From assembly GCA_020072965.1 (NCBI GenBank), contig JAIQFY010000017.1, positions 17,604-81,603 on the forward strand: a stretch of 64,000 nt of DNA, read 5' to 3'. The position numbers and the translations under genes were made by a program. Origin of the DNA: Terriglobia bacterium. Its GTDB lineage: Bacteria > Acidobacteriota > Terriglobia > JAIQFV01. The notes beneath the pieces are model-generated. The model searched no databases. It was not told where the DNA came from and saw nothing but the letters and a program-made list of their open reading frames with translations. Each line of letters begins with the position of its first letter. The first letter of the stretch is position 1. Positions 18,942 to 28,949 of the stretch are shown piece after piece.

Positions 18942-21900
18942 ATGAAAACATTAAGAACCCTGCTGACGCTTCTTATCGTGTGCTCTCCACTCAGCGCTCA
19001 AACCAGCGTCGATAAACTCTCTGAGGCGCTCGATTCTCTCACTCTGGCCTCCTTCAATGACTGGAAAATGAGCCCCGATCTCAAGGCCGCCCCTGTAATT
19101 CAAGGCGATCCGGTTCGTGGTGAATTCGACGACTCCCAATGGGAAACCCTGCCCCTCGGCAAGTCCTTGGATGTCGACTCCTGCTGGCTGCGAAAAGAGA
19201 TTGTTCTGCCCGATCGCATTCTGGGGCAGCCCATCAGAGGGAAAATCAAGTTCCTCATCACGGTGGACGACTATGGATTTCTTTGGGTTAACGGCCGGGA
19301 AAAGGGACGGTTTGATTGGGATGGGGAGTTTGTCTTGACTGAGGATGGCCATCCCGGGGACAAGTTCCTGATCGCGATCAAGGCCATCAACACAGGCGGC
19401 CCTCTGAGACTGCTTCGATCTCGAATCCAAATGGAGGATGAATCCGCCGCCACAAAACAGCTTCGCGAGAGGATCCGGGACTTCGCTTTAAGTCTAAGGA
19501 TCGGACAGAAATTGTTGAGCTTTGATACCTATCAGACCAACGCCACGAAACGCGAAGATCCAGGTATTGATAGATCGAGCATGGATAAGGAGGAAAAGAA
19601 GCGTCTCTCCGGATCTCTGCAAACCCTCGCAGAACAGGTCGATGTCGACGCCTTGAAGGGCGGGTCCGTGGATAAGTTTCTTCACTCGATGGAGGTCGTG
19701 CGCGCACAGTTGAAACCCTTCGATGCGTTCGCCAAGAGATTCACGCTGGTCTTGACCGCCAATGCCCACATCGATGCCGCCTGGCTGTGGCGCGAAAAAG
19801 AGACGGTTGAAGTGTGCAAGAACACTTTCAGCTCGGTCCTCAAAATGATGCAGGCGCGGCCGGACTTCACCTATACGCAGAGCTCCGCCGCCTACTACGA
19901 TTGGATGGAACAGTTATACCCGGATGTGTTCTCCAGCATTCAACAGCGCGTCAAAGAAGGACGATGGGAAGTCGTCGGTGGGATGTGGGTGGAACCGGAC
20001 TGCAATCTCCCCAGCGGGGAATCGTGGGCGCATCACCTGCTCTATGCCAAGCGGTATTTCAAACAGCACCTGGGGGCTGATGTGACGGTCGGGTGGAATC
20101 CGGACTCCTTCGGCTATAACTGGAACATGCCCATGATGTATCGCAACGCCGGCATCGATGCCTTTATTACACAAAAGATCGGATGGAATGAATCCAATGT
20201 TTTTCCCTACCACGTCTTCTGGTGGGAGGGTCCTGATGGCTCCCGCGTTCTCTGTTACTTCCCTTTCGACTACGTCAGCGACGTTGCTGACCCTTACAGC
20301 CTGGTCGATTGGCTCCGCCAATTCGAGGCCAATACCGGCTTCACGCGATTTTTGATCCTCTTCGGGGTTGGAGACCACGGAGGAGGGCCAACTGATGAAA
20401 TGCTGGATCGGATCGAGCACTTCAAGTCCCTGGACATCTATCCGAAGATCGAATACGGCACGGCGAGGGAATACCTGACCTGGCTGAAAAACCAGGATCC
20501 CGCGAAGATTCCAACATGGAAGGATGAGCTGTACCTTGAATACCACCAGGGGACTTTTACAACCCAGGCAAAGATGAAGGAATTGAATCGTCATAACGAA
20601 AGTCTTCTGGTCAACGCGGAGAAATTTTCCACGCTCTCAACCCTGCTCGGAGGCAATGTTCACCAGGATGTTCTGCAGGAGGCGTGGCGGAATCTCCTGT
20701 TTAACCAGTTCCATGACATCCTGCCGGGATCGGGAATCCGCGAAGTATACCTAGACGCCACCGGACGACACAGAGCAGCTGAAAGCATCGGGGATCACGA
20801 GCTGCGGACTGCCCTTGGAACCATTGCGCAGAAAGTCAACACGTCCGCTGTAAGCGGCAGCAGCGCGCTGGTCATCTTCAATCCTCTTTCGTGGGAAAGA
20901 ACCGACCTGGTTGAAGCGGCACTGCCCGAAGGAGACGAAGGAGACTATGCCCTCTTTGAGGTCAACGGAGGGGAGGTGGCTTCCCAGATTGTTCAGAAGG
21001 ATCGCTATCATCGCGGCTTGCTCTTTGTCGCGGAAAAGGTTCCCTCCCTGGGCTACAAGGTCTATGCACTGAGAAAGCAGAAATCCGGCAACCCGTCCAC
21101 GGCACTCTCCTTTACTTCACCTCTGACCCTTGAGAATGAATTTTTCCGGGTCAGTGTAAATGCTGTGACAGGATGGGTCCAAAGCGCTTTTGACAAAAGG
21201 CTTGGGAAAGAGCTTCTCAGTGGTCCCGGGAATGAATTGCAGATCCTTGAGGACAAGCCAAAACAATGGGATGCCTGGAATATCGGTCTGACCGGGACCG
21301 TGTATCCTTCCATCTTGCGAAAGGTCGAGGTCATTGAAAAGGGACCGGTGCGTTCCATCATCAGGATCCACCGGGATGTCCTGGGTCCAGGTTTCAAGCG
21401 GGAGTTTCCAGCCGAAGGCTTCCCGAGTTCCTTTTTCACCCAGGACGTGGTCCTGTATTCAGGCCTGGATCGAATCGAATTCCAAACCCGCGTGGACTGG
21501 TGGGAGGACAGAACCATGCTCAAGGTTGCGTTTCCACTGGCGGTCCAGGACAGGATCGCCACCTTCGAGATTCCCTATGGTCAGATCCGGCGCTCCACCG
21601 GGATGAATGACAGGTGGGAGAAAGCCCGTGTGGAGGTGCCCGCGGAGAGATGGGGGGACTTGTCTCAAGATGATTTTGGAGTGAGCCTGCTCAACCGGTC
21701 CAAGTATGGATACGACATCAAGGGGAACACGATCCGGCTCTCCCTGCTTCGCTCTCCCAAATGGCCCGACCCCACCGCCGACCGCGGCAAACATATCATT
21801 GAATATGCCCTCTATCCCCACCCCGGCCGTGTGAACGATGGGCGAACGGTCGAGCGTGGCTACGAGTACAACAATCCTTTGATCGCTTACCAAACGGGTT

Positions 21901-22187
21901 TACACCCAGGCGAGTTGCCACCCGTACATTCCTTTGTTCAGATCACTCCCGCTTCACTCGTTCTCACCACGATCAAGCAAGCAGAGGATTCCGAGGCATG
22001 GATGTTCCAGTGGTACGACACAAGAGGGGAAGACACAAAAGCCGTCGTGACGTTGCCGCGAATTCCCAAAAGGGTGGTTCAATCAAATTTCCTGGAAGCG
22101 GATGGAGAGACGGTTCCATTCAAAAGGAACACTGTAACCCTGAATTCGAGAAAGAATGCTGTGGTCACTTTGAAGGTGTATTTCTAG
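18942..22187 (+). CDS. Exported GH38 alpha-mannosidase with additional N-terminal beta-sandwich domain
   Basis: Signal peptide MKTLRTLLTLLIVCSPLSA. Motifs AHIDAAWLW, GGMWVEPD, WNPDSFGY, GVGDHGGGP, NQFHDILPG, RLSLLRSP. Confidence 0.9.
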   Translation: MKTLRTLLTLLIVCSPLSAQTSVDKLSEALDSLTLASFNDWKMSPDLKAAPVIQGDPVRGEFDDSQWETLPLGKSLDVDSCWLRKEIVLPDRILGQPIRGKIKFLITVDDYGFLWVNGREKGRFDWDGEFVLTEDGHPGDKFLIAIKAINTGGPLRLLRSRIQMEDESAATKQLRERIRDFALSLRIGQKLLSFDTYQTNATKREDPGIDRSSMDKEEKKRLSGSLQTLAEQVDVDALKGGSVDKFLHSMEVVRAQLKPFDAFAKRFTLVLTANAHIDAAWLWREKETVEVCKNTFSSVLKMMQARPDFTYTQSSAAYYDWMEQLYPDVFSSIQQRVKEGRWEVVGGMWVEPDCNLPSGESWAHHLLYAKRYFKQHLGADVTVGWNPDSFGYNWNMPMMYRNAGIDAFITQKIGWNESNVFPYHVFWWEGPDGSRVLCYFPFDYVSDVADPYSLVDWLRQFEANTGFTRFLILFGVGDHGGGPTDEMLDRIEHFKSLDIYPKIEYGTAREYLTWLKNQDPAKIPTWKDELYLEYHQGTFTTQAKMKELNRHNESLLVNAEKFSTLSTLLGGNVHQDVLQEAWRNLLFNQFHDILPGSGIREVYLDATGRHRAAESIGDHELRTALGTIAQKVNTSAVSGSSALVIFNPLSWERTDLVEAALPEGDEGDYALFEVNGGEVASQIVQKDRYHRGLLFVAEKVPSLGYKVYALRKQKSGNPSTALSFTSPLTLENEFFRVSVNAVTGWVQSAFDKRLGKELLSGPGNELQILEDKPKQWDAWNIGLTGTVYPSILRKVEVIEKGPVRSIIRIHRDVLGPGFKREFPAEGFPSSFFTQDVVLYSGLDRIEFQTRVDWWEDRTMLKVAFPLAVQDRIATFEIPYGQIRRSTGMNDRWEKARVEVPAERWGDLSQDDFGVSLLNRSKYGYDIKGNTIRLSLLRSPKWPDPTADRGKHIIEYALYPHPGRVNDGRTVERGYEYNNPLIAYQTGLHPGELPPVHSFVQITPASLVLTTIKQAEDSEAWMFQWYDTRGEDTKAVVTLPRIPKRVVQSNFLEADGETVPFKRNTVTLNSRKNAVVTLKVYF

Positions 22188-22692
22188 ACCCTCCAGGATT
22201 CAGCCGGCCTCGAGCGCGTTCGGGTCTCAGGACGAAGACCCCGCCCAGGGAGCCTGCTTTGGGAGCAGAGTAACCTCCGTGCTACATTTCGAGCCCCCAA
22301 TATAACAGGTCACCGGATCTCTGCACACGTCGCAAGCCCTGGACTAGGAGGTCCGACTGCCTCCTCTATCGCGGTCCGGGGTGCCAGACCCTCCGCCAAG
22401 ACGGCAAAGTCTTGGTACACCTCACAGTGCTCAATTGATGATGTAAAGCCTTCCCTTTTTGTTAACCCAATACCTTTTATCTCCGGGCTGTTCCGTAAAT
22501 ACGGAGGGGATCAATGGACTAATACAGATTTTGGAAGAAAGGGCCAAAAACGGACCGTTCAGTGGGCGGATCAATTGGCTTCTTTTCTTCATGGATATCA
22601 ACAAGACACACTTGGTGCTTATGCGTGGTTGAACATTGGCCACAAAGTTGCTAAGATTTTTCTATTCTAAAAAACTCAATTGGAGGTAATCC

Positions 22693-23187
22693 ATGAAGAA
22701 AGCAGTAGTGTTGTTGTTAGTGATACTCTTTGCCAGCGTCGCATGGGCTGATGATGGCACAGCGCTTCTAAAGTTCAAGACGATGATCGCTGTGACAGGG
22801 CCTTTTGTGGGAAGCGTGACTCCCCAGACTCCCATCCAGGGCGTCAATGGAGCCGGACTTGCCTGGATGATCTCTGAAGCCCAGGGAGAACTTAAATCGA
22901 ATGGGGACCTTGAGGTACGCGTCAGGGGGCTGGTGTTGGCAGCTGGAGCGAACGCGGGGAAAAATCCGTTGGCAAATTTCCGGGCAGTGCTGAGTTGTCA
23001 GAGCATCAACAGTGGCAACCCCACTATCGTTACCGTCAGCACGGACAATTTTCCAGCCACTATGCCAGAGGGAGATGCCGAAATTAGAGCGCATATCGAC
23101 ATCCCGAGCCCATGCTTCGCTCCCATTGTCTTTGTTACTACCCCTGGTCCTGGTGCTCCACGGTGGCTGGCAGTAACAGGGCAATGA
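22693..23187 (+). CDS. Small secreted hypothetical protein
   Basis: RBS ggaggt, signal peptide MKKAVVLLLVILFASVAWA, two Cys. 164 aa. Confidence 0.75.
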   Translation: MKKAVVLLLVILFASVAWADDGTALLKFKTMIAVTGPFVGSVTPQTPIQGVNGAGLAWMISEAQGELKSNGDLEVRVRGLVLAAGANAGKNPLANFRAVLSCQSINSGNPTIVTVSTDNFPATMPEGDAEIRAHIDIPSPCFAPIVFVTTPGPGAPRWLAVTGQ

Positions 23188-23805
23188 GGTAGATCGGGAT
23201 GTCCCAGTTGTGCTCTGAGAAGGTCGACAATGGGACTTCATCAGAGTATTGATGAAAGTGTGTTCACCCTAGCGATGAAATATCGTGGAAAATTTCCCGC
23301 AAAAGAGGGAGAGCTCTATTGGGGGGATCATCTGGGAGGTTCAATTCCCGCGTGACCTGGATGAAAAAGGTTATGACAGGAAATGCAGCGGAGCGGGCAC
23401 GAATAAGGATTCCCATTCGGGCCCGCACTGGCTGTGCGGTTGAGTGGCGATACTGAGAAGTTCCCGAACGCATATCCCCATTGAAAAGCAGGCGACACGA
23501 GGAAGACTGGGGAAGTTCGACGTTGGATTCCCTGAAGCGACCCGTTTCACCGCGCTAGATTTTTTAAGGCTGTTTGGCGAAGAGGGGATGATCCTCCTTC
23601 CTTGAGTGCCCAGTCCAGCATCATTGCCTCGCCGTGCCATCAGACTCTTCAAAAACCAAATCGCAAGAACACGAACAGGCTGAATCATTTTCCGGGGCCC
23701 TGGATGGGCTCCATGAAGACTGAACTTGTCGCGCCCTTCGCGTTTTTTCAAGGGGCATGATTAAGCATAGGGCCCCAAGGCTTGGATTCATCCTGAAAGC
23801 ACCCC

Positions 23806-23834
23806 TTGACAAATGAGAAATCGCTTATTAGAGT
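23806..23834 (+). promoter_or_regulatory. Sigma70-type promoter
   Basis: TTGACA-17 nt-TAGAGT upstream of the ArsR remnant. Confidence 0.55.
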
Positions 23835-23864
23835 GCGCGTTCATTCCTTTCAAGGTGTGCACGC

Positions 23865-24047
23865 ATGGGTGGTATTGCCGCCAGTGCAGATGTCTTCAGG
23901 GCCGTCGCGGACCCGGCGCGCCGTGCCCTGCTTGAACTCATGTGCGGTTCGGAACGCTCGGTCTCCCGGCGGTTGCCCTTGATCAGAAATGTAAAAGGGA
24001 AATGCTGTCCCTTTGCCAACGCATCAACCTGTGATTCCAGTTTTTAA
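23865..24047 (+). pseudogene. Truncated ArsR/SmtB-family regulator
   Basis: DVFRAVADPARRALLELM...ERSV is the ArsR N-terminus. Similarity is lost before the HTH recognition helix. Confidence 0.7.
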
Positions 24048-24095
24048 TTTGGAGATGACCCAAAAGAACCATGAAAACAACATTGAGGAGGGTCA

Positions 24096-24386
24096 ATGAG
24101 AACAGGTTCCCGGATGAGTGATGAAGCGGTGCAAGGAAAGGCGGGAAGAACTTGGAAGGAATGGTTCTCGATCCTGGATGCTGCTGGTGCCCGTAAGATG
24201 AACCACAAGGAGATTGTGGCCTATCTCAGCAGCAAGCATAAGGTGGGGTCCTGGTGGCGGCAAATGGTTACGGTGGGATACGAGCAGGCCCGCGGAATGC
24301 GTGAACTCCATCAAAAGCCGGGGGGATATGAAATCAGTGTTAGCAAGACAATTCCCGTCTCGCCCTCGGTCAGGGAGAGGATGTGA
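24096..24386 (+). pseudogene. DUF4287-like protein N-terminal part, truncated
   Basis: SDEAVQGKAGRTWKEWF.ILD...H.EIVAYL...WWRQMVTVGYEQARG...YEISVSKTI, then the ORF ends abruptly. Confidence 0.55.
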
Positions 24387-24637
24387 AAGCCTCCCCCAGC
24401 AAGACCATCGTACCGCTCTATCGGAACCATGTATTTGCGGAAATAAAGCCGGCCACACGGACGCGCATCGATCTTGGGTTTGCCTTGCGCGACCTGAAGG
24501 CACGGGGGCGATTGATTGATACCGGTGGATTGGCCAAGAAGGATCGAATCACGCACCGCATCCCGATCGCCAAGCTGGAGGAGATCGATGACGAGGTGAA
24601 GCATTGGCTGAAGATCGCTTACGAACTCGATGCATGA
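24383..24637 (+). pseudogene. DUF5655-like C-terminal fragment
   Basis: KTIVPLYRNHVFAEIKPATRTRIDLG...RITHRI...EIDDEVKHWLKIAYE. It lacks the usual N-terminal part. Confidence 0.55.
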
Positions 24638-24782
24638 AGACTGCAGACCCCCGGGATGAGGGCGGACGTTTTCGGATTGCGGATTTCGAATCGCGGGGTA
24701 GAGGGGGTCGCGGGGCGCTCCAGAATCTGACCCCCACAGAGCGGTAAGACTTTCAGGGAAGGATCGAGGATACAACCAATCC

Positions 24783-26039
24783 ATGGAAGAGAAAGCGGGA
24801 CCGGTCACATTTCGACAGGTGCTAAAGAACAAACAGTTTTTTGCGCTCTGGCTGGCACAGTACATCAGCAACTTTGGAGACTGGCTGGCTGTGCTGGCGC
24901 TGTTCAGTCTGGTAGCTTTTCGAATGCACGGAACGCCGTATCAAGTGGGAGGAATTTTCCTCGCCTACGGGATCCCCTGGGCTTTTCTCGGGCCGGTTGC
25001 AGGTGTTTTTGTGGACCGGTGGAATCTCAAATGGACGATGATTTCGAGCGACCTGATCCGTGCATGTCTGGCGGTCATGCTCGTGTTTGTGCACGACCTG
25101 CCACTGCTTTACCTTCTCTTTTTCGGCCTCAGTGCGGTGTCCTGTTTTTTCATGCCCGCTCAAACCTCCGCGATTCCGGTGCTGGTCGGCAAGGATGAGT
25201 TACTGGTGGCCAATGCCGCCAACACGCAATCCATCCACTTCAACAAAATCATTAGCCCGGCGATTGCAGGATTCCTTGTGGCTTGGGCAGGAGAGAAAGC
25301 CTGTTTTTACCTCGATGCCCTGTCGTTCGTGATTTCGGCGGCCCTTCTTTCGACGCTCCTTCTGAATCGAGTCCCGAAGGAATCCGCCAGCGGGGTCCGG
25401 GCCCTGCTTGAACAGATGCGGGAAGGCTTCCATTTCATTTGGACCCATCCCTCCGTCCGCTTTGTGACTGGGGCGATGGCCGTGACGCTCCTGGCGGCGG
25501 GAGCCTTCGATGCCTTGATCGTCGTTTATGTGCGCGACATCCTGCATTCCCAATCCCAGGTATTCGGAGCCCTAGTCGCCCTGGTCGGGCTGGGCACGAT
25601 CGTTGGCGCCCTTCTCATTGGCAGGTTTGCACAGAAGTGGTCCCGGGCGATGATGGTTTCATTAGGCATCATTGGATGTGGCATAGGCATTTTTCTGCTT
25701 GCCGTGGCTGCGACAGCTCCGATCGCGTTGGCCTCAAGCCTTGCCCTGGGGCTTGCCGTCAGCGCGGTGATGATCCCGTCGCAGACCCTGGTGCAGGAGG
25801 AAACACCGCAGGAGATGCTGGGCCGCGTGAGCAGTGCCGGCATTTCGCTGATGACAGTTTTCCAGATTGTCGGGGTCTCCATTTCAGGAAAGGTGGCGAA
25901 TTGGACCGGGGTGCGAAATCTTTATGACATCATCGCGGTGTTCCTGGTCGTGATGGGAGTGACTGGCTACCTGCATCTGCGCACAGGTGGTATGACTAAT
26001 CCAAGGGTGCCCAACCCGGAAGGACTGGTCTCCGAATAG
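24783..26039 (+). CDS. MFS transporter (DHA3/macrolide-efflux-like)
   Basis: FFALWLAQYISNFGDW, AGVFVDRWN, QEETPQEMLGRV. About 12 TM segments. Confidence 0.88.
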   Translation: MEEKAGPVTFRQVLKNKQFFALWLAQYISNFGDWLAVLALFSLVAFRMHGTPYQVGGIFLAYGIPWAFLGPVAGVFVDRWNLKWTMISSDLIRACLAVMLVFVHDLPLLYLLFFGLSAVSCFFMPAQTSAIPVLVGKDELLVANAANTQSIHFNKIISPAIAGFLVAWAGEKACFYLDALSFVISAALLSTLLLNRVPKESASGVRALLEQMREGFHFIWTHPSVRFVTGAMAVTLLAAGAFDALIVVYVRDILHSQSQVFGALVALVGLGTIVGALLIGRFAQKWSRAMMVSLGIIGCGIGIFLLAVAATAPIALASSLALGLAVSAVMIPSQTLVQEETPQEMLGRVSSAGISLMTVFQIVGVSISGKVANWTGVRNLYDIIAVFLVVMGVTGYLHLRTGGMTNPRVPNPEGLVSE

Positions 26040-26155
26040 CTCCTCGAGACTTTCGAGTCTCACTTCAGTCATCAAGGACGTCTTCGTCAGGATGAATCAA
26101 GTGGAAACCACCGTCATTCGGGACGACCTGGGTGAGTTATCGAGTTCAGTATTTC

Positions 26156-26184
26156 TTGACACAAATAGCCCTGCACCATAAAAT
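26156..26184 (+). promoter_or_regulatory. Sigma70-type promoter about 280 nt upstream of the methyltransferase
   Basis: TTGACA (26156-26161)-17 nt-TAAAAT (26179-26184). Confidence 0.7.
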
Positions 26185-26467
26185 TCTCCACGCTGCAAGG
26201 CTTTCAAACCTCAAATTCAGATTATGGCGAATCCACGGGGATTCGCAGGCCGGCCAGGGGCTGTGGTTAAGCGGGGCTGCTGCTTGAGCAGTTGAGGGTG
26301 CTCAAGGAAGCACGTGCCTCGAGTGCTGCGGTGGGCACAACATTTGAAAAGCAGGATGGACACTCCATTCTGGAAGGGACGTCGCAACATTACAGCAGAC
26401 CTTTATGTATGGGCCGGCTGAATTCATCGAATCAATTCAGCCATATTAAAACCACCCCAGGAGGTAC

Positions 26468-27544
26468 ATGAAAATGACAGCAACTCAGCGGGCCTTCAAT
26501 CAATCAAGAGTTGAAACTTTTTTGGGCAAAGCCGTCAATGACTTTGGCGCTGCGGTGAGCGCTGCCCTGGTGGTCATTGGCGATAAACTTGGACTCTACA
26601 AGGCGATGGCTGGAGCTCCACCCATGACCCCGGGAGAACTCGCCCAACGAACCGGAACAGACGAGCGTTATATTCGTGACTGGCTTGTCAATCAAGCGGC
26701 GAGCGGCTATGTCGATTACAACCCGGCAACCGGGCGCTATTCGATGCCTCCCGAGCACGCCCTGGCCCTGGCCGACGACCGCAGCCCGTTTTTTGTTTGT
26801 GGCGGCTTCCAGGTGATCACTGCCATGATGAAGTCCAGCGGGCGCATCGCCGAGGCCTTTCAGACCGGAAAGGGCATGTTCTGGGGCGAGCATGACAGTG
26901 ACCTTTTTGAAGGCACAGAACGATTCTTCCGCCCCGGTTATGCCGCGAATCTCATTTCAAGCTGGATCCCGGCGCTGGACGGTGTCAAGGCGAAGCTGGA
27001 AGCGGGCGCCAGGGTAGCGGACATTGGTTGCGGTCATGGCGCATCCACCCTCATCATGGCGCAGGCCTTTCCAAATTCCCGATTTTTCGGCTTCGACAAT
27101 CACGCCCCGTCCATCATCCATGCCCGCAAGGCAGCCTTCACGGCGGGAGTAGCTGATCGGTTGACCTTTGACATTGCGGGAGCGACCAATTTCCCGGGCT
27201 CCGGTTACGACCTCATTGCATTCTTTGATTGCCTCCATGACCTTGGCGAACCCGGCGGATCCCTGAAGAGGGCCCTTGAAACCTTGACGCCGGAGGGGAC
27301 GGTGCTCATTGTGGAGCCAATGGCGGCGGAGAGTGTGGAAGGCAATTTCAATCCTGTGGGACGGGTGTATTCGGGTGCTTCTGTGCTTTGCTGTACTCCC
27401 AACGCTATTGCCTCGGGACAGACGGCGTTGGGCACGATCGCCACGGAAGAACAGCTCCGGATGGTGGTCACCGCCGCCGGTTTCACCCGGTTCCGCCGGG
27501 CTACTGAAACGCCATTTAACCGCGTCTTTGAGGCGCGCCGTTAA
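26468..27544 (+). CDS. Class I SAM-dependent methyltransferase with N-terminal winged helix (Rv2258c-like)
   Basis: IGDKLGLYKAM, ELAQRTG.DERY..DWL, VADIGCGHG, FFDCLHD. RBS aggagg. Confidence 0.88.
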   Translation: MKMTATQRAFNQSRVETFLGKAVNDFGAAVSAALVVIGDKLGLYKAMAGAPPMTPGELAQRTGTDERYIRDWLVNQAASGYVDYNPATGRYSMPPEHALALADDRSPFFVCGGFQVITAMMKSSGRIAEAFQTGKGMFWGEHDSDLFEGTERFFRPGYAANLISSWIPALDGVKAKLEAGARVADIGCGHGASTLIMAQAFPNSRFFGFDNHAPSIIHARKAAFTAGVADRLTFDIAGATNFPGSGYDLIAFFDCLHDLGEPGGSLKRALETLTPEGTVLIVEPMAAESVEGNFNPVGRVYSGASVLCCTPNAIASGQTALGTIATEEQLRMVVTAAGFTRFRRATETPFNRVFEARR

Positions 27545-27575
27545 TCCCGGCAAGCTGGAAGCAAAGCCAGATTTT

Positions 27576-27691
27576 ATTAGGAGACCAGGAAACCTGGAGA
27601 TCGGATGGCGGTGAATGAGCCGCCGCGGCGGGATTATCGAGTCCTGTCCCGATGTAAGGTTTTTAACTTCCTGTATTCCTGGCCTCCTAAT
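27576..27691. repeat. Short copy of the 17538-type MITE-like element
   Basis: attaggagaccaggaa...ttttaacttcctgtattcctggcctcctaat. The right arm nearly matches 17729-17760. Confidence 0.65.
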
Positions 27692-27982
27692 GATAAATTT
27701 CCTTCTTGCCCTCGCTGGAACACATTCTGTTGATAAGCGACTAAGGGCTCGATGAGTGAACATCCCTGCGTGTGAGTCTTCTCTTGCGTGCTGAAACTCA
27801 GGACGGCGCTCATACGTAATGCTTGATAGTCCGATCCGTATATTGCAGGCAGGCCCTGCCTCGATCGAAGTGCCGGACTGAGGTTTTAACGATGTGATCA
27901 TCAAGCCAACCCTCCGAAGTCCGGCACCCGGCGCATCGCATCCATCGAACACCAATCACGTTCATAATAAGGAGAGCGTCCC

Positions 27983-28777
27983 ATGTTTCGAAGATTTTTT
28001 CTGAGTCTAACCTGTTTAACAATCCTGGCGCTGCCTGTAAGCGCCCAGACCGTGGATGAGATCGTCAACAAACACATCCAAGCGCGAGGCGGGCTGGAAA
28101 AGCTCAAAGCGGTGAAGACGATCCGCTATTCGGGCAAGATGCAGATGGGCCAGGGGCTGGAAGCCCCTGCTATTATGGAGCAGAAACGCCCAAACAGCAT
28201 GCGGATGGAGTTCACCGTCCAGGGACTCACAGCCGTCCAGGCATACGATGGCAAGACGGGCTGGTCGCTCATGCCATTCGGGGGCAAGAAAGATCCCGAA
28301 CTCATGGGGGAGGAAGAACTCAAGTCCATCTCAGAAGAAGCCGATTTCGACGGCCCCCTGGTCGATTACAAGGAGAAAGGCAACAAGGTCGAATTAGTGG
28401 GCAAAGAACCGGTGGAGGGTACTGACGCCTACAAACTCAAAGTGACTCTGAAGAACGGAGACGTGGATTACTTGTATCTGGACACTGATTCCTATCTTCA
28501 GTTGAAGCAAGAGAGCAAGCGAACCGTTCGGGGAGCGGAACGTGAATCGGAAGTCAACCTCGGCGACTACAAGGAGGTTGAAGGCCTCATGCTTCCTTTC
28601 TCTTACGAAATGGGGCTAAAAGGAGTGCCCCAAAAACAGAAGATCGTCATTGATAAAGTCGAATTGAATCCGGCTGTTGAGGACATGCGTTTCAAGATGC
28701 CCGAAGTGAAGAAGGTGGAGCCCAAGCCGGAAGAAAAGAAGCCCGAGGAGAAGAAACCGCCTGAAGAAAAGAAGTGA
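27983..28777 (+). CDS. Exported LolA-like outer-membrane lipoprotein-sorting family protein
   Basis: Signal peptide, QTVDEIV.KHIQARGG, YDGKTGW, DTDSYL. C-terminal KPEEKK repeats. Confidence 0.7.
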   Translation: MFRRFFLSLTCLTILALPVSAQTVDEIVNKHIQARGGLEKLKAVKTIRYSGKMQMGQGLEAPAIMEQKRPNSMRMEFTVQGLTAVQAYDGKTGWSLMPFGGKKDPELMGEEELKSISEEADFDGPLVDYKEKGNKVELVGKEPVEGTDAYKLKVTLKNGDVDYLYLDTDSYLQLKQESKRTVRGAERESEVNLGDYKEVEGLMLPFSYEMGLKGVPQKQKIVIDKVELNPAVEDMRFKMPEVKKVEPKPEEKKPEEKKPPEEKK

Positions 28778-28949
28778 CGGATTTCGATTCGTGAAACCGG
28801 AAATCTCACCCGCGCTGTTATTCTTGTAATTGTCTCATTAGAACCCAATTTCACTCGCGTCAAGACTTTTGGGGACGCATGGTGTTACATGCGTACCATG
28901 CCCCCCAAGGTGCCCATCCACATTCAGAAGTTTTGAGAGGATCCCAGTC

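Noticed and set aside
26190-26467. Known SAM-I, SAM-II or SAH riboswitch upstream of the methyltransferase
   Set aside because: The consensus elements of these classes were not found by eye, so it is kept only as an unclassified leader.
27745-27775. ctcgatgagtgaaac resembling a hammerhead ribozyme core
   Set aside because: It lacks the exact CUGAUGA core and I found no flanking stems I-III.
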